The notes: generated from the sequence alone by a model not told the origin. Positions 31,704 to 42,100 are shown, numbered from the stretch's first letter. The stretch is 64,000 nucleotides of DNA from Methylococcaceae bacterium (GCA_037129595.1 JBAXUR010000004.1:8965-72964), one strand, 5' to 3'. Program-made: numbers and translations.

Positions 31704-33431
31704 TCAAGCCAGTTCTTTTATCGCATCTTCGGTATGAAAAAACACCTTGCCTGGCTCGAGTTGTTTAATAAAGTTGGTTTTTTTAAGCTTATCAAGTACG
31801 GGGCCTTTTGCATCTGACAGATGCAGGCTCACCCCAGAGGCTTGCAAGGCATGATTTATGTTTTCCAGCGCCTCCAAAGCAGTGGCATCAACATCACTGA
31901 CCGAGGTAAAAATCAGGATGATATGCTTAATGTTGGCTTGGTGCTTTAGTTCAGCGGTAATAAAATTTTCAATGAAATTAACATTGGCAAAGGTGATACT
32001 TTCATCAATGCGCAATAATAAAAGATGCTCCCACGTTTCTACCTGATGGCGTTTGATATTACGGTAATGCCCGGTTTCTGGAATGCGCCCAACAACGGCT
32101 ATGTGAGGCTGACTGGTCTTGCGCAGGTAACTGATAAATGTAAGAATAATGCCTAAACTAATACCTTCTTCAATACCCAACACCAAAACGCCCAACAAGG
32201 TTACGATTTCAGCGATGCCATCACCCCGATCATAACGCCAAGTGTGAACAATACTACCCAGCCGTACCAGCGGTATAATGGCGACCAAAATAATCGCTGC
32301 TAACGCTGCTTTGGGGATATTTTCAAACCACGGGCTAAAAAAGATCACCGCTAAAGCCAGAATGCCTGCCGCAATCAGCATCGCCATTTGGGTACGGGCA
32401 CCGGCAGAAAAATTGACCATGGTTCGGCTAAAGCCACCGGCAACCGGCATGCCTCCAGAAATGGCGGTTGCCAGATTAGCCACACCCAAGGCAATTAATT
32501 CCTGATTAGGTACAATTTTTTCGCCTCTCAGGTTAGCAGTCACTTTGGCAATGGCAACACTTTCTACATAAGCAATTAAGGCAATAAAGGCAGCGCTAGG
32601 CACTAATAAACGCCATTTTTGGAGATCAATAAAAGCAAGACTTAGCGCAGGAAAACCAGCCGGTACTACACCGACAACGGCAACTTTGTTGTGCAGCGTT
32701 AAGCCAAAATAACCAACGGCAATCGTGGCCAAAAGCACCGTTAACAAAGGCCCGCATTTACTAATAGCAGTCACCAGTGATAGTTTTAATCCCGCCTTTT
32801 TGAGCAACGAAGTCAGCGGCTTTCCAAAAACTATCAACATTACCAAGGCCGCCACACCAATGAATACCGTGGTCAAATTATAGCTCAACAAATAATCCCG
32901 GTAACAAGCGCCATCAAAACCACACGAGGGGCTTTTTAAACCCGCCAGTTGCGGTAATTGACTGCCTATAATCAACAGAGAGGCGCCGCTGGTAAAGCCT
33001 GTTAATACGGGATGACTGATGAAATTAACCAAGCCGCCCATCCGTAAAAGAGCCATCAGTAGCATGATGAGTCCGCTTTCTGCTGACAATATCAACGCAC
33101 TTTGCACAGGATTACCCAAGGCACTGATCTCGGGTGTATTTAGGGCACTGGCAATCATAATGGCTGCAATGGAAACCGGCCCTACGGATAAGGTTCGACT
33201 GGTGCCGAATAAGGCATACAATACCGGTGGTAAAATACTGGCGTAAAGCCCAAGTTGCGGCGGCAAACCTGCCAATATCGCGTAGGCAATCCCTTGAGGA
33301 ACCAGCAAAATAGCAGTAATGATACCGGCGAACAAATCACTGTTAAAATCCTGACGTGTATAGGTTTTTAACCAACCGGCAATAGGAAAGACGACAGTTA
33401 ATCGTGACAGGTTACGTTGTAAATCAGTCAT
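31704..33431 (-). CDS. sulP: SulP family anion transporter with STAS domain
   Basis: PQGIAYAILAGLPP..GLY, NQELIALG and GGFSRT motifs; C-terminal STAS domain. Confidence 0.92.
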   Translation of the reverse strand: MTDLQRNLSRLTVVFPIAGWLKTYTRQDFNSDLFAGIITAILLVPQGIAYAILAGLPPQLGLYASILPPVLYALFGTSRTLSVGPVSIAAIMIASALNTPEISALGNPVQSALILSAESGLIMLLMALLRMGGLVNFISHPVLTGFTSGASLLIIGSQLPQLAGLKSPSCGFDGACYRDYLLSYNLTTVFIGVAALVMLIVFGKPLTSLLKKAGLKLSLVTAISKCGPLLTVLLATIAVGYFGLTLHNKVAVVGVVPAGFPALSLAFIDLQKWRLLVPSAAFIALIAYVESVAIAKVTANLRGEKIVPNQELIALGVANLATAISGGMPVAGGFSRTMVNFSAGARTQMAMLIAAGILALAVIFFSPWFENIPKAALAAIILVAIIPLVRLGSIVHTWRYDRGDGIAEIVTLLGVLVLGIEEGISLGIILTFISYLRKTSQPHIAVVGRIPETGHYRNIKRHQVETWEHLLLLRIDESITFANVNFIENFITAELKHQANIKHIILIFTSVSDVDATALEALENINHALQASGVSLHLSDAKGPVLDKLKKTNFIKQLEPGKVFFHTEDAIKELA

Positions 33432-33570
33432 TGTGTTATTTTAGCCTTGTCTCAGACTGTGGTGATGAATGATCGGGAATACGTGAACCCCTCGCCTGCT
33501 GAAGCGTGAGAACCCGATAAAGATAAAAAATAAAAGGCAAAAGGCGAAAGTCAAACTGATGTAGTTATTC

Positions 33571-33608
33571 AAGCCCCCCTAACCCCTCTTTTTCAAAGAG
33601 GGGAACTG
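33571..33608. repeat. Half of a CCCCT...TTCAAAGAGGGG palindromic repeat; empty site relative to 57041-57124
   Basis: cccctaacccct^ctttttcaaagagggg matches the flanks of the 48-bp insert at 57058-57105. Confidence 0.7.
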
Positions 33609-33665
33609 AATGATTACAAACTGATTCGTCCACACCTTGTACCTTTAACCTTGCACTTGCTCTAC

Positions 33666-34919
33666 TTATTCTTCTTCTGTAAAGCGTTTGGCATAAGATT
33701 CCAAATGCGGCATATCTATGCGATAGCCTTTAAGCATTAAATGCCAGTACATCCAGGGAAAACCGATTTTTTTACCGATCCACCAGATAAACAAATTTTT
33801 TCTGGGGTCCAATAAGGGAAAAGACGGGGTTACCTTGCCGCCATAAGCAAATTCGGCCAACATGACCGTGCTCAGTGAGGTTGTTAACGGGCAAGAACCA
33901 TACCCATCGTATTTTTCCTCAACGGCTTTACCGTTGATAAGGTGCAAAATATTATCAACTAAAATGGGCACTTGTTTCCTGACGGCTGCGGCTGTTTTGG
34001 CATTGGGGGTTGATGTCGCATCGCCGAGTCCAAAAATATTCGGATATTTGTTGTGCTGGAGTGTTTTATCGTGGACATCTACCCAGCCGCCGGCATTGGC
34101 TAACGGGCTTTTTTTAATAAAATCAGGCGCACTTTGCGGCGGTGTAACATGAATCATGTCGAAGGCTTTAACGACTTGCTGCTTGTTACCTTCGGCATCC
34201 GTCATTTCAAACGTAGCGGTTTTAGCCGGGCCATCAATGGCAACCAGATTGTGATTAAAATTGGTTTTAATCCCATAACCTGCAACTACTTTGCTTAAGG
34301 CTTTGGCAAAAAAAGGAATACCGAAAATGGCAGGGCCCGCATTGCAAAACTCAATGTTAAATTTATCCAAAATTCCTTTTTTACGAAATCTATCCGCAGC
34401 CAGATACATAATTTTTTGGGGTGCGCCGGCACATTTAATCGGCATTGGTGGTTGTGTAAATAGTGCAGTTCCCGATGTACTGTTTTTGATGCATTCCCAC
34501 GTATATTCTGCTGTTTCTGCCGAATAATTACTGCACACGTTGTTTTTACCCAAGGTTTCTTTTAAGCCCGCAATTTTATCCCAATCCAACTGTAAGCCCG
34601 GACAAACCACCAAGTAATCGTAACTAATCGTTTCACCCGAACGTAAAATCACGGTATTTTCATCCGGCTGAAAGGTTTCTGCGTAATTCTTAAGCCAAGT
34701 GACGGTTGGATGAATTAAATCGGCTTCATTGCGGGTGGTTTGTTTTAAGGTATAAGCACCGCCACCAATAATGGTAAAGCCCGGTTGGTAATAATGCTTT
34801 TCAGAAGGCTCGATAATGGCAATCTTAATGGTGGCGTTTTGACGACGCATGTTATTGGCAACGGAAACGCCTGCTGCGCCGCCGCCTACAATCAAAATAG
34901 TGTGGTGTTGTTGTGTCAT
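33666..34919 (-). CDS. sqr: Sulfide:quinone oxidoreductase (type II / SqrB-like)
   Basis: GGGAAG FAD motif, YYQPG, CSNY, KCAGAPQK and YDGYGSCP redox Cys motifs; next to the persulfide dioxygenase. Confidence 0.85.
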   Translation of the reverse strand: MTQQHHTILIVGGGAAGVSVANNMRRQNATIKIAIIEPSEKHYYQPGFTIIGGGAYTLKQTTRNEADLIHPTVTWLKNYAETFQPDENTVILRSGETISYDYLVVCPGLQLDWDKIAGLKETLGKNNVCSNYSAETAEYTWECIKNSTSGTALFTQPPMPIKCAGAPQKIMYLAADRFRKKGILDKFNIEFCNAGPAIFGIPFFAKALSKVVAGYGIKTNFNHNLVAIDGPAKTATFEMTDAEGNKQQVVKAFDMIHVTPPQSAPDFIKKSPLANAGGWVDVHDKTLQHNKYPNIFGLGDATSTPNAKTAAAVRKQVPILVDNILHLINGKAVEEKYDGYGSCPLTTSLSTVMLAEFAYGGKVTPSFPLLDPRKNLFIWWIGKKIGFPWMYWHLMLKGYRIDMPHLESYAKRFTEEE

Positions 34920-34970
34920 GAATGTTCCAGTTATTATTATTTATAGTTTAAGATAAATGGCGCGATGCCC

Positions 34971-35083
34971 CAATGCCGTTAAGTTAAGTGCCTCTTGGCA
35001 AGATAAACCTTTGGCTGAGTGGAGCCGAAGCCGGCAATATCGCTTCGACTTCGCTCAACGAACGGCTAAACTTAATGACATTA
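34971..35083. mobile_element. MITE with family-A TIRs but a different internal REP core
   Basis: caatgccgttaagttaag ... aacttaatgacatta ends; internal gagccgaagc...gcttcgacttc hairpin. Confidence 0.6.
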
Positions 35084-35132
35084 CGCAATGCTGTAAGTAT
35101 TTAAAGACTTCGCGCTTGCACAGTTATGCGTG

Positions 35133-36218
35133 TTATGCTTTTTGCCAAGCCTCAAAACCACCCGCCATTGACAGCACGTTGTTATAGCCTAACTGCTGCA
35201 TCGTCTGCGCTGCCAATGCAGAACGACCGCCAGTACGGCAATAAAGCAGCACCGCTTTGGATTTATCAGCCAATTCGGGACTATTGCCAATTTTAAATTC
35301 CAGCACCCCGCGTGGCAAAAGCAAGGCCTTATCAATATGACCCGCTACGTATTCACTCTCTTCTCGCGTATCAACCACAACAATATTACCTTCTGCCAAC
35401 AGTTGTTTGGCGGTAGCGACAGTAACTTCGGTAATATGTTGCTTGGCTTCAGTTACCAAGTCTTGGGGACTGACTTCATTACGAACAGGACGCGTGGTAT
35501 CGCGAAGTATAACAGCATCCTGACGTTCATTTTCATCCAAACCACAATACCGGTTGGCAGGAACTGCTTGATCGATTAACCGTGGTTTTGGCAAATTTAA
35601 ATTATTCATCACTTCAATAAATTCTTCACGCGTTTTACCGGCCAGACGTGGATTGGTGGTGCGTTCCTGTTTAATACTACTGACCCAACGCTCTTGATAA
35701 TCATGACCCGGATAAACCAGTGTTTCATCCGGTAAAGTAAACAAACGTTGAGTAATACAGTCATAAAGCGCACCGGCATCACCGCCCTGAAAATCAGTAC
35801 GACCACAACCGCCTATCAATAAAGAATCACCGGTAAAAACCCGATCACGCCATAAAAATGAAATACTGCCGCGCGTATGTCCCGGCGTAGCAATCACTTT
35901 AATGTGCTCGTTATCGCCTAATTTGAAAATATCGCCATCCTGAATTTGTACATCGGCGGTCTCGGCACCGCAGAGTTGACTCACTGCGGTTTGTGCGCCC
36001 ACTAATTGACGCAACAAACCGCTTGCCGTTATGTGGTCGGCATGAACATGGGTTTCTAGGGAATATTTCAGCTGTAAACCCAGCGCTTCCAACAAAGACA
36101 TATAATCATCAATGTGGGTGTTGACCGGATCAATAAAAACCGCCTCTTTACTGATGGAATCAGCAATTAAATAGGTATAAGTCCAGGTTTCTTTATCAAA
36201 TAATTGCTTAAATATCAT
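35133..36218 (-). CDS. Persulfide dioxygenase (ETHE1-like MBL fold) fused to a C-terminal rhodanese
   Basis: ETHVHADH, TPGHT, GCGRTDFQ and YPGHDY motifs; rhodanese active site YCRTGGRS. Confidence 0.9.
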   Translation of the reverse strand: MIFKQLFDKETWTYTYLIADSISKEAVFIDPVNTHIDDYMSLLEALGLQLKYSLETHVHADHITASGLLRQLVGAQTAVSQLCGAETADVQIQDGDIFKLGDNEHIKVIATPGHTRGSISFLWRDRVFTGDSLLIGGCGRTDFQGGDAGALYDCITQRLFTLPDETLVYPGHDYQERWVSSIKQERTTNPRLAGKTREEFIEVMNNLNLPKPRLIDQAVPANRYCGLDENERQDAVILRDTTRPVRNEVSPQDLVTEAKQHITEVTVATAKQLLAEGNIVVVDTREESEYVAGHIDKALLLPRGVLEFKIGNSPELADKSKAVLLYCRTGGRSALAAQTMQQLGYNNVLSMAGGFEAWQKA

Positions 36219-36298
36219 GATGTCTCTCCGGGTGTTACTGTTAAAGGGTAAGGTTATGTGATCGCCGCAAGCAAATACGTTGAACTTGCTTATACTTT

Positions 36299-36315
36299 AG
36301 CAAAGCTCATGCCAA
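36299..36315 (-). promoter_or_regulatory. Sigma54 (-24/-12) promoter of the pdo-sqr-sulP cluster
   Basis: Minus strand TTGGCATGAGCTTTGCT = TGGC..GG-N10-GC, about 80 bp upstream of the pdo start. Confidence 0.8.
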
Positions 36316-36377
36316 CAGCATAAATCATCGTCAATCGATTGTTTTATTTGTTATCTTTATAGTTTTAATTTATTTAC

Positions 36378-36437
36378 ATGTTTCAAAGTAATGTTTCATT
36401 AAGACGCGATAATGTTTCAGTGAAACAGTATGAAACA
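36378..36437. promoter_or_regulatory. Putative enhancer-binding-protein sites (UAS)
   Basis: ATGTTTCA x3 and TGAAACA x2, including the perfect palindrome TGTTTCA-G-TGAAACA at 36413-36427. Confidence 0.55.
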
Positions 36438-36463
36438 AAAATATTTAAAAACTTAAAAGCTTA

Positions 36464-36720
36464 TCACCACGAAGAACACGAAGTTTTTTTGTCATTTTTT
36501 CTTCGTACTCTTCGTGGTGAATAACATTACCGTCAATTTATTCCGGGAACGCCGAGTCCCGACTGGGCGTATTCACCACCCCACTTTAATCATCTAATTA
36601 ACCCGAGCCGAATTGGGGCTCGGCAGTCCAGAAAAACGTCTCGCCACGAAGATACGAAGATAGAAAGAACATGACGTTTATTAGCTTTTTTATCTTCGTG
36701 CCTTTGTGTGGAATAAGATT
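36464..36720. repeat. CACGAAGA-type palindromic repeat cluster, upstream copy of a direct repeat flanking the VPLPA-CTERM gene
   Basis: tcaccacgaagaacacgaag...cttcgtggtga; segments ttttgtcatttttt, accgtcaatttattcc and gaaaaacgtctc recur at 37500-37810. Confidence 0.7.
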
Positions 36721-36929
36721 TTTAAAACCACAACGACTCATTATCAGATTATTTAATATTCCATAATTATTATTATTATTATTTTCTACTATTATTGTTT
36801 CAGTGAGGGTGGTGCAAAATCTGGTCCCGTAATTATTCACTTGTACTCTTTAGTTTTAAAATTGAATACTGAAAATAATCACACTATCTTTATTTATTTT
36901 ATTTATTTATTTTTTTAGGGGTTAATTTT

Positions 36930-37424
36930 ATGAAAAAATCTTTGCTTCGTGTTATAGCCGCAGTTGCGGTGTTAGTACCAACTATTTCTGCAAATGCGGC
37001 GTTGTATAATTACACCGAGCAATTCGATGGCAATGGTATGCACTTTAATTTAAATTTTACCGCCGATGACACGAGCACTACTGTCATTACTACCTTTAAC
37101 GGTACCGCTGATACAGATATCCTTACACTGCTTGCCCCAGATATCTATAATTTGAATGATAATCTGTTTGACCCTTCCACAATTGCCACAGAGGGAGGTT
37201 GGGGTTTTAATGGAATTAGTTTCCACAATACCGTTTCTGGCGATGATTTTAATGTCTATAATGACTTAGGGTTAACCATGACCAGTACTATGCCTGTAAC
37301 AGATACATTTAACAATTTCACTTATTCCGCATCTCCAGTACCCGTACCCGTACCCGCCGCACTTTGGTTGTTTGCAAGTGGCTTAGGACTACTAACAGTC
37401 GGTTGCAGAAAAAAGATTGCTTAG
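36930..37424 (+). CDS. VPLPA-CTERM (PEP-CTERM-like) exosortase-sorted surface protein
   Basis: Signal peptide ..SANA; C-terminal VPVPAALWLFASGLGLL TM followed by RKK. Confidence 0.88.
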   Translation: MKKSLLRVIAAVAVLVPTISANAALYNYTEQFDGNGMHFNLNFTADDTSTTVITTFNGTADTDILTLLAPDIYNLNDNLFDPSTIATEGGWGFNGISFHNTVSGDDFNVYNDLGLTMTSTMPVTDTFNNFTYSASPVPVPVPAALWLFASGLGLLTVGCRKKIA

Positions 37425-37450
37425 TAATTAATTTTAATAAAAATCAAGTC

Positions 37451-37480
37451 AAAAAACCTAGCCATTCGCCAGGTTTTTTT
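37451..37480 (+). terminator. Intrinsic terminator
   Basis: aaaaaacctagc-attc-gccaggttttttt after the stop codon. Confidence 0.55.
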
Positions 37481-37532
37481 GCCGGCAATACCACACTATT
37501 TTTGTCATTTTTTCTTCGTGTTCTTCGTGTCT

Positions 37533-37647
37533 CGGCAACTGCTATCTGCGTCGCCTAAAGCGCCTGCTTTTTGTGCTATCGATTGCTTGATCCGGCGCAA
37601 TCTAACAAACCTCCATCGCTCAGTACCTCATGCATCAATGCAGTCGT
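37533..37647. mobile_element. Degenerate nested TCC-loop mini-element (outer 48-bp unit with inner unit at about 37580-37624)
   Basis: Ends cggcaactgc / atgcagtcgt; inner cgattgcttg..gcgcaatctaac matches 45504-45551. Confidence 0.65.
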
Positions 37648-37746
37648 TCGTGGTGAACAACATGACCGTCAATTTATTCCCGAAAAACGTCTCACCACGA
37701 AGTACGCGAAGTTTTTTATCTTTTTTTCTTGGTGCTCTTCGTGTCT

Positions 37747-37794
37747 CGGCAACTGCTATCTGCGTTGCTCTACCTCCTGCATGCATGTAGTCGT
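37747..37794. mobile_element. 48-bp TCC-loop mini-element inserted in a CACGAAGA repeat
   Basis: cggcaactgc...gtagtcgt, exactly 48 bp, between gtgtct and tcgtgatgaa. Confidence 0.75.
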
Positions 37795-38040
37795 TCGTGA
37801 TGAATAAGATGTTAAGTCCAACTACCAGTCATCCGATTTATCCTCATAAGGCTGCGCTTTAACCGTATCGGGAATTTTGGGTGTTTTTGCCGATCTGAGC
37901 AAAATTAATGCCCCGCCTAAGACAAATGCTAAGGCAGCTAAAAATAACAATACCCACATTTTTCATACTCCTATTTTTTGCTTTGCGTAAGCTGTTGTAA
38001 TATACACGGTATATTACTCTTATCATTTACCGACATCATT

Positions 38041-39384
38041 ATGAAATCAATCGAACTTCTCTCGCCTGCCGGCACTATTAAAAATATGCGCTATGCCTTT
38101 GCCTTCGGTGCGGATGCTGTTTATGCGGGGCAACCACGTTACAGCCTGAGAGTACGCAACAATGATTTTCTGGCTGACAATCTGGCCAAAGGCATAGCTG
38201 AAGCGCACCGGCAAGGTAAAAAGTTTTTTCTGGCGACGAATGTCATTCCTCACAATGCCAAAGTTAAAACCTTTATGGCCGATATTGCACCTATTATCGT
38301 CATGAAGCCGGATGCCCTGATTATGGCTGATCCCGGTTTGATTATGTTGACACGGGAAGCATGGCCGGATATGCCTATCCATTTATCAGTACAGGCCAAT
38401 ACCGTCAACTATGCCACCGTAAAGTTCTGGCAAAGCATCGGTATTAAGCGGGTTATTTTGTCACGTGAACTGTCTCTTGATGAAATCGAAGAAATTCGCC
38501 AAAAATGCCCGGACATCGAACTTGAAGTGTTTGTTCACGGAGCTTTATGTATTGCTTATTCAGGGCGCTGCTTGCTGTCGGGTTATTTTAATCATCGTGA
38601 CCCTAACCAAGGAACGTGTACCAACTCTTGCCGCTGGAAATATGATACCGTGCCCGCTCATGAAAATGCCGAAGGCGACCTGGTACCCGATGCCGAAGTG
38701 CTGTCAATAAGCGACATCAGCACCGCCGGTTGCGGCGGCGCAGAACGGCATCCCTTGGCAGACCAGCTGTATTTTCTTGAAGAAGAAGGCCGCAAAGGGG
38801 AGTTATTGCCGATCATGGAAGATGAAAATGGCACGTATATCATGAACTCCAAAGACTTAAGAGCCATTGAACATGTGCAACGCTTAGTGGCTATTGGCAT
38901 CAATAGCCTTAAAATTGAAGGTCGCACCAAATCCCACTATTACGTTGCCCGCACGGCGCAAACTTATCGCATGGCGATAGACGACGCACTGGCAGGTCGT
39001 GCATTTAAGCCTGAACTCATCGGTGTTTTGGAAAACCTGGCCAATCGTGGCTATACTGATGGTTTTTATCAGCGTCACCATACCCACGAACAACAAAACT
39101 ATATCACCGGTTATTCCAAGAGCCATCAACAGCAATTTTGCGGCGAAATCAGAAGTTATGATTCACCAACCGGACTGGCGACCATTGATGTAAAAAATAA
39201 ATTTACCGTCGGTGATAAGCTGGAGCTTATTCTGCCGGAAGGAAACCAAGACATTACCGTGGAGCGCATGGAAGATATGCACGGCCATAGTATGCAAGAA
39301 GCCCCCGGCGGTGGCTATGAAGTAAAAATACCGTTACCGGAATTAAACAGTGTTAATGGTTTGTTGGCGCGTTATACTGATTAA
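38041..39384 (+). CDS. trhP: tRNA 5-hydroxyuridine modification protein (peptidase U32 family, YegQ)
   Basis: ELLSPAG, YAGQPRYSLR, HGALCIAYSGRCLLS..NQGTCTNSCRW and KIEGRTKS motifs. Confidence 0.92.
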   Translation: MKSIELLSPAGTIKNMRYAFAFGADAVYAGQPRYSLRVRNNDFLADNLAKGIAEAHRQGKKFFLATNVIPHNAKVKTFMADIAPIIVMKPDALIMADPGLIMLTREAWPDMPIHLSVQANTVNYATVKFWQSIGIKRVILSRELSLDEIEEIRQKCPDIELEVFVHGALCIAYSGRCLLSGYFNHRDPNQGTCTNSCRWKYDTVPAHENAEGDLVPDAEVLSISDISTAGCGGAERHPLADQLYFLEEEGRKGELLPIMEDENGTYIMNSKDLRAIEHVQRLVAIGINSLKIEGRTKSHYYVARTAQTYRMAIDDALAGRAFKPELIGVLENLANRGYTDGFYQRHHTHEQQNYITGYSKSHQQQFCGEIRSYDSPTGLATIDVKNKFTVGDKLELILPEGNQDITVERMEDMHGHSMQEAPGGGYEVKIPLPELNSVNGLLARYTD

Positions 39385-39433
39385 AATGATGCGAAGTTAC
39401 ATGACTAAGGAATCGATACTTAGGAATTCTATT

Positions 39434-39982
39434 ATGAACCGAAAAAATACAGGATTGCACAAACTACTCGGTGCATTTTTTTTATGTTTGTTTAGCGTTG
39501 GGGTATACGCCGAAACAAGCATAGCCATTTTGGACTTTGAATTAAGTGATGTAACGCTTGCTCCCGGAATACCTGCTGAAATTGAAAGAACGGCAAGTAT
39601 AAAGGCTATGCTGGAAGGTGAATTAAAAAGGGCAGGATACAAAATTATTTCTATTGACTTAAATGCGCAACGTGATAGCAATGGTGGTTTTGGTTATCTT
39701 TTCAACCACAATGATGTTGCCGCAGAACTGGCTAATAAAGCCAGAGCTGATTATGTATTGGTTGGCAGACTACATAAACCAAGTTTTTTATTTGCCTACT
39801 TGATGGGTCATTTAATTAAAACCAATGATGGAGGATTGATAGAAAATTATGTCGTAGAAACAAAAGGCGGTGATAAAAAATTAACATTAAAAGCCGTTGA
39901 AACACTTGCATCAAAAATAGATCAAAATCTGGATAAAATTTACGCGCCACCACCTCCTATCAGGACAGTCCACACAAAATAA
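39434..39982 (+). CDS. Periplasmic DUF2380/DUF3280-like protein
   Basis: Signal peptide; IAILDFEL and ADYVLVGRLHKPSFL; RBS upstream of ATG 39434. Confidence 0.65.
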   Translation: MNRKNTGLHKLLGAFFLCLFSVGVYAETSIAILDFELSDVTLAPGIPAEIERTASIKAMLEGELKRAGYKIISIDLNAQRDSNGGFGYLFNHNDVAAELANKARADYVLVGRLHKPSFLFAYLMGHLIKTNDGGLIENYVVETKGGDKKLTLKAVETLASKIDQNLDKIYAPPPPIRTVHTK

Positions 39983-40102
39983 TCATTAAGCGTTGTTAAG
40001 TAACAACGCTTATATTAAATTACTTGGTGTAACATACTAAAGGCGACAGGTGCAAATCCTTCTAGCCTTGAATCTTTCACCTTTCACCTTGAACCTTAAT
40101 CT

Positions 40103-40588
40103 ATGACTTTCACTACTGCTAATCTTTGCGATGACCACTCAGGAGAGGATTATTTCCAAATTGCTGAGTCAGCATTTATCTCTTACGGGGCTAATCCAGT
40201 CTTTTCCGGCCAAATCACCACACTGAAAACGTTTGAGGATAACGCTTTAGTCAGAAGCGTTCTGGAAGAAAAAGTAGAAAACAGGGTGTTGGTCATTGAT
40301 AGCGGCGGCTCTCATCGCTGTGCTTTGGTAGACAATAATCTGGCAATGCTTGCCATTAATAATGGCTGGCAAGGTATTATTATTTATGGCTGCCTTCGGG
40401 ATTCTGCGCTGATCAATAAACTCCCGATTGGCATCCGTGCCCTACATACACATCCCTTACAAAGCCATAAAAAAGGCAATGGCGACCGCGACTTATTAGT
40501 CTCTTTCGCCGGTGTTAATTTTAAAAAAGATCATTTTTTATATGCTGATATGGATGGAATTATCGTATCCGCAAGCATGTTGAGTTAA
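40103..40588 (+). CDS. rraA: RraA / HMG aldolase family protein
   Basis: TANLCD, FEDNALV, VLVIDSGGS and YADMDGI motifs. Confidence 0.88.
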   Translation: MTFTTANLCDDHSGEDYFQIAESAFISYGANPVFSGQITTLKTFEDNALVRSVLEEKVENRVLVIDSGGSHRCALVDNNLAMLAINNGWQGIIIYGCLRDSALINKLPIGIRALHTHPLQSHKKGNGDRDLLVSFAGVNFKKDHFLYADMDGIIVSASMLS

Positions 40589-40624
40589 AATAATCTCAAC
40601 TTAACCCAGTAAAGAAGTCAAGAT

Positions 40625-41584
40625 ATGCAAATTGTACTCGCTAACCCCCGTGGATTCTGTGCCGGCGTAGACCGCGCCATCGAAATTGTTGACCAAGCTA
40701 TCGAAACGTTTGGTGCGCCCATTTATGTCCGGCATGAAGTGGTTCATAACCGCACCGTTGTTGATGGCCTTAAAGAAAAAGGCGCTATTTTCATAGAAGA
40801 ATTAACTGACGTGCCCGTTGGTTCTTACCTTATTTTTAGTGCCCACGGCGTTTCCAAACAAGTCCAGCAAGAAGCTAAAGATCGCAACCTAACCGTCTTT
40901 GATGCCACCTGCCCACTTGTGACCAAAGTTCACATTCAGGTTGCCAAGCATGCAAAATCAGACCGGGAAGTTATTCTCATCGGTCATGCCGGGCACCCTG
41001 AAGTTGAAGGCACTATGGGGCAATATGAAAAATGCACTGACAATGGTGGCATCTATTTAGTAGAAACACCGGATGACGTTAACAAATTAGTTGTCAATAA
41101 TCCAGACAACTTGGCCTATGTAACGCAAACAACGCTATCAATGACTGATACCAAAATTATGGTTGATGCCTTGAGAGCACGATTTACCTCTATTCAAGAA
41201 CAGAAAAAAGACGATATCTGTTACGCCACCCAAAACCGCCAGGATGCGGTCTATGAACTGGCAAAAACAGCGGATACCATTCTGGTTGTAGGCTCTACCA
41301 ACAGCTCTAATTCCAACCGTTTACGAGAGATTGCCGAGCAATTGGGTAAAAAAGCCTATTTGATTGACACGGCAAAGGATATGCAACAAAGCTGGTTTGA
41401 TGGTGTCAGTGTTGTCGGCGTTACTGCCGGTGCCTCAGCACCCGAAGTACTGGTTCAGGAAGTTATTAATCAGTTAAAACAATGGGGCGGTAAATCGGCC
41501 ATTGAAATTCAGGGCATAGAAGAAAAAGTCGTGTTTTCTTTGCCTAAAGGCTTAAAAAAGGAAAAAGAGTTGAGTGCAGACTGA
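40625..41584 (+). CDS. ispH: 4-hydroxy-3-methylbut-2-enyl diphosphate reductase
   Basis: [29 protein letters not shown] and TAGASAP motifs. Confidence 0.97.
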   Translation: MQIVLANPRGFCAGVDRAIEIVDQAIETFGAPIYVRHEVVHNRTVVDGLKEKGAIFIEELTDVPVGSYLIFSAHGVSKQVQQEAKDRNLTVFDATCPLVTKVHIQVAKHAKSDREVILIGHAGHPEVEGTMGQYEKCTDNGGIYLVETPDDVNKLVVNNPDNLAYVTQTTLSMTDTKIMVDALRARFTSIQEQKKDDICYATQNRQDAVYELAKTADTILVVGSTNSSNSNRLREIAEQLGKKAYLIDTAKDMQQSWFDGVSVVGVTAGASAPEVLVQEVINQLKQWGGKSAIEIQGIEEKVVFSLPKGLKKEKELSAD

Positions 41585-41969
41585 ACTCGAAACCATCCGT
41601 CTGGATAAATGGTTATGGACTGCGCGTTTTTTTAAAACGCGCAAACTGGCTGCGGATGCTATTTCCGGTGGAAAAGTTCATGTAAACAAGCAACGCGCAA
41701 AACCGGGAAAAGAAATAAAACCGGGCGCGTTACTCTCCATAAGCAAAGACGGACTGAACTGGGAAGTCACAATAATCGGACTTTCCAAGCAAAGACGACC
41801 GGCTAAAGAGGCCATTCTACTCTATGAAGAAACGACTGAAAGTTTTACAAAACGTCAGCAACAAATGCTTCTACAACGAGAACAACGTGAACTATTTGAT
41901 TTCAGTGGCCAGGATCATAAACCCAACAAAAAAGAAAGACGCTTGATACATCGCTTTAAGCAAGTGTAA
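41574..41969 (+). CDS. hslR: Heat shock protein 15 (S4 RNA-binding domain)
   Basis: [15 protein letters not shown] and KPNKKERR motifs. Confidence 0.9.
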   Translation: MQTELETIRLDKWLWTARFFKTRKLAADAISGGKVHVNKQRAKPGKEIKPGALLSISKDGLNWEVTIIGLSKQRRPAKEAILLYEETTESFTKRQQQMLLQREQRELFDFSGQDHKPNKKERRLIHRFKQV

Positions 41970-42023
41970 TTTTTTATTTATTTTCTTATTCACCACGAAA
42001 ATAACAGCGTAATTTAATTCAAT

Positions 42024-42100
42024 ATTCACCACGAAAACACGAAAAACACGAAAATTTTCTTTGGTTTTTCTTCGTGCTCTTCGTGTCTTTGTGGTGAATA
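42024..42100. repeat. CACGAAGA-type palindromic repeat (no 48-bp insert)
   Basis: attcaccacgaaaacacgaaaaacacgaaa ... ttcttcgtgctcttcgtgtctttgtggtgaat. Confidence 0.7.

Noticed and set aside
37479-37807. ORFs of 103 and 78 aa (similarly 30041-30331, 45361-45594, 50189-50609 and 52355-52540)
   Set aside because: They are translations of repeat/MITE DNA; the same peptide fragments (SATA..VA, ASMQS) recur wherever the 48-bp unit occurs.
36464-37810. Repeat clusters as a CRISPR array or integron attC sites
   Set aside because: No constant-length repeats with unique spacers, no cas or intI gene, and no RYYYAAC/GTTRRRY ends; these are REP/MITE-type palindromes.
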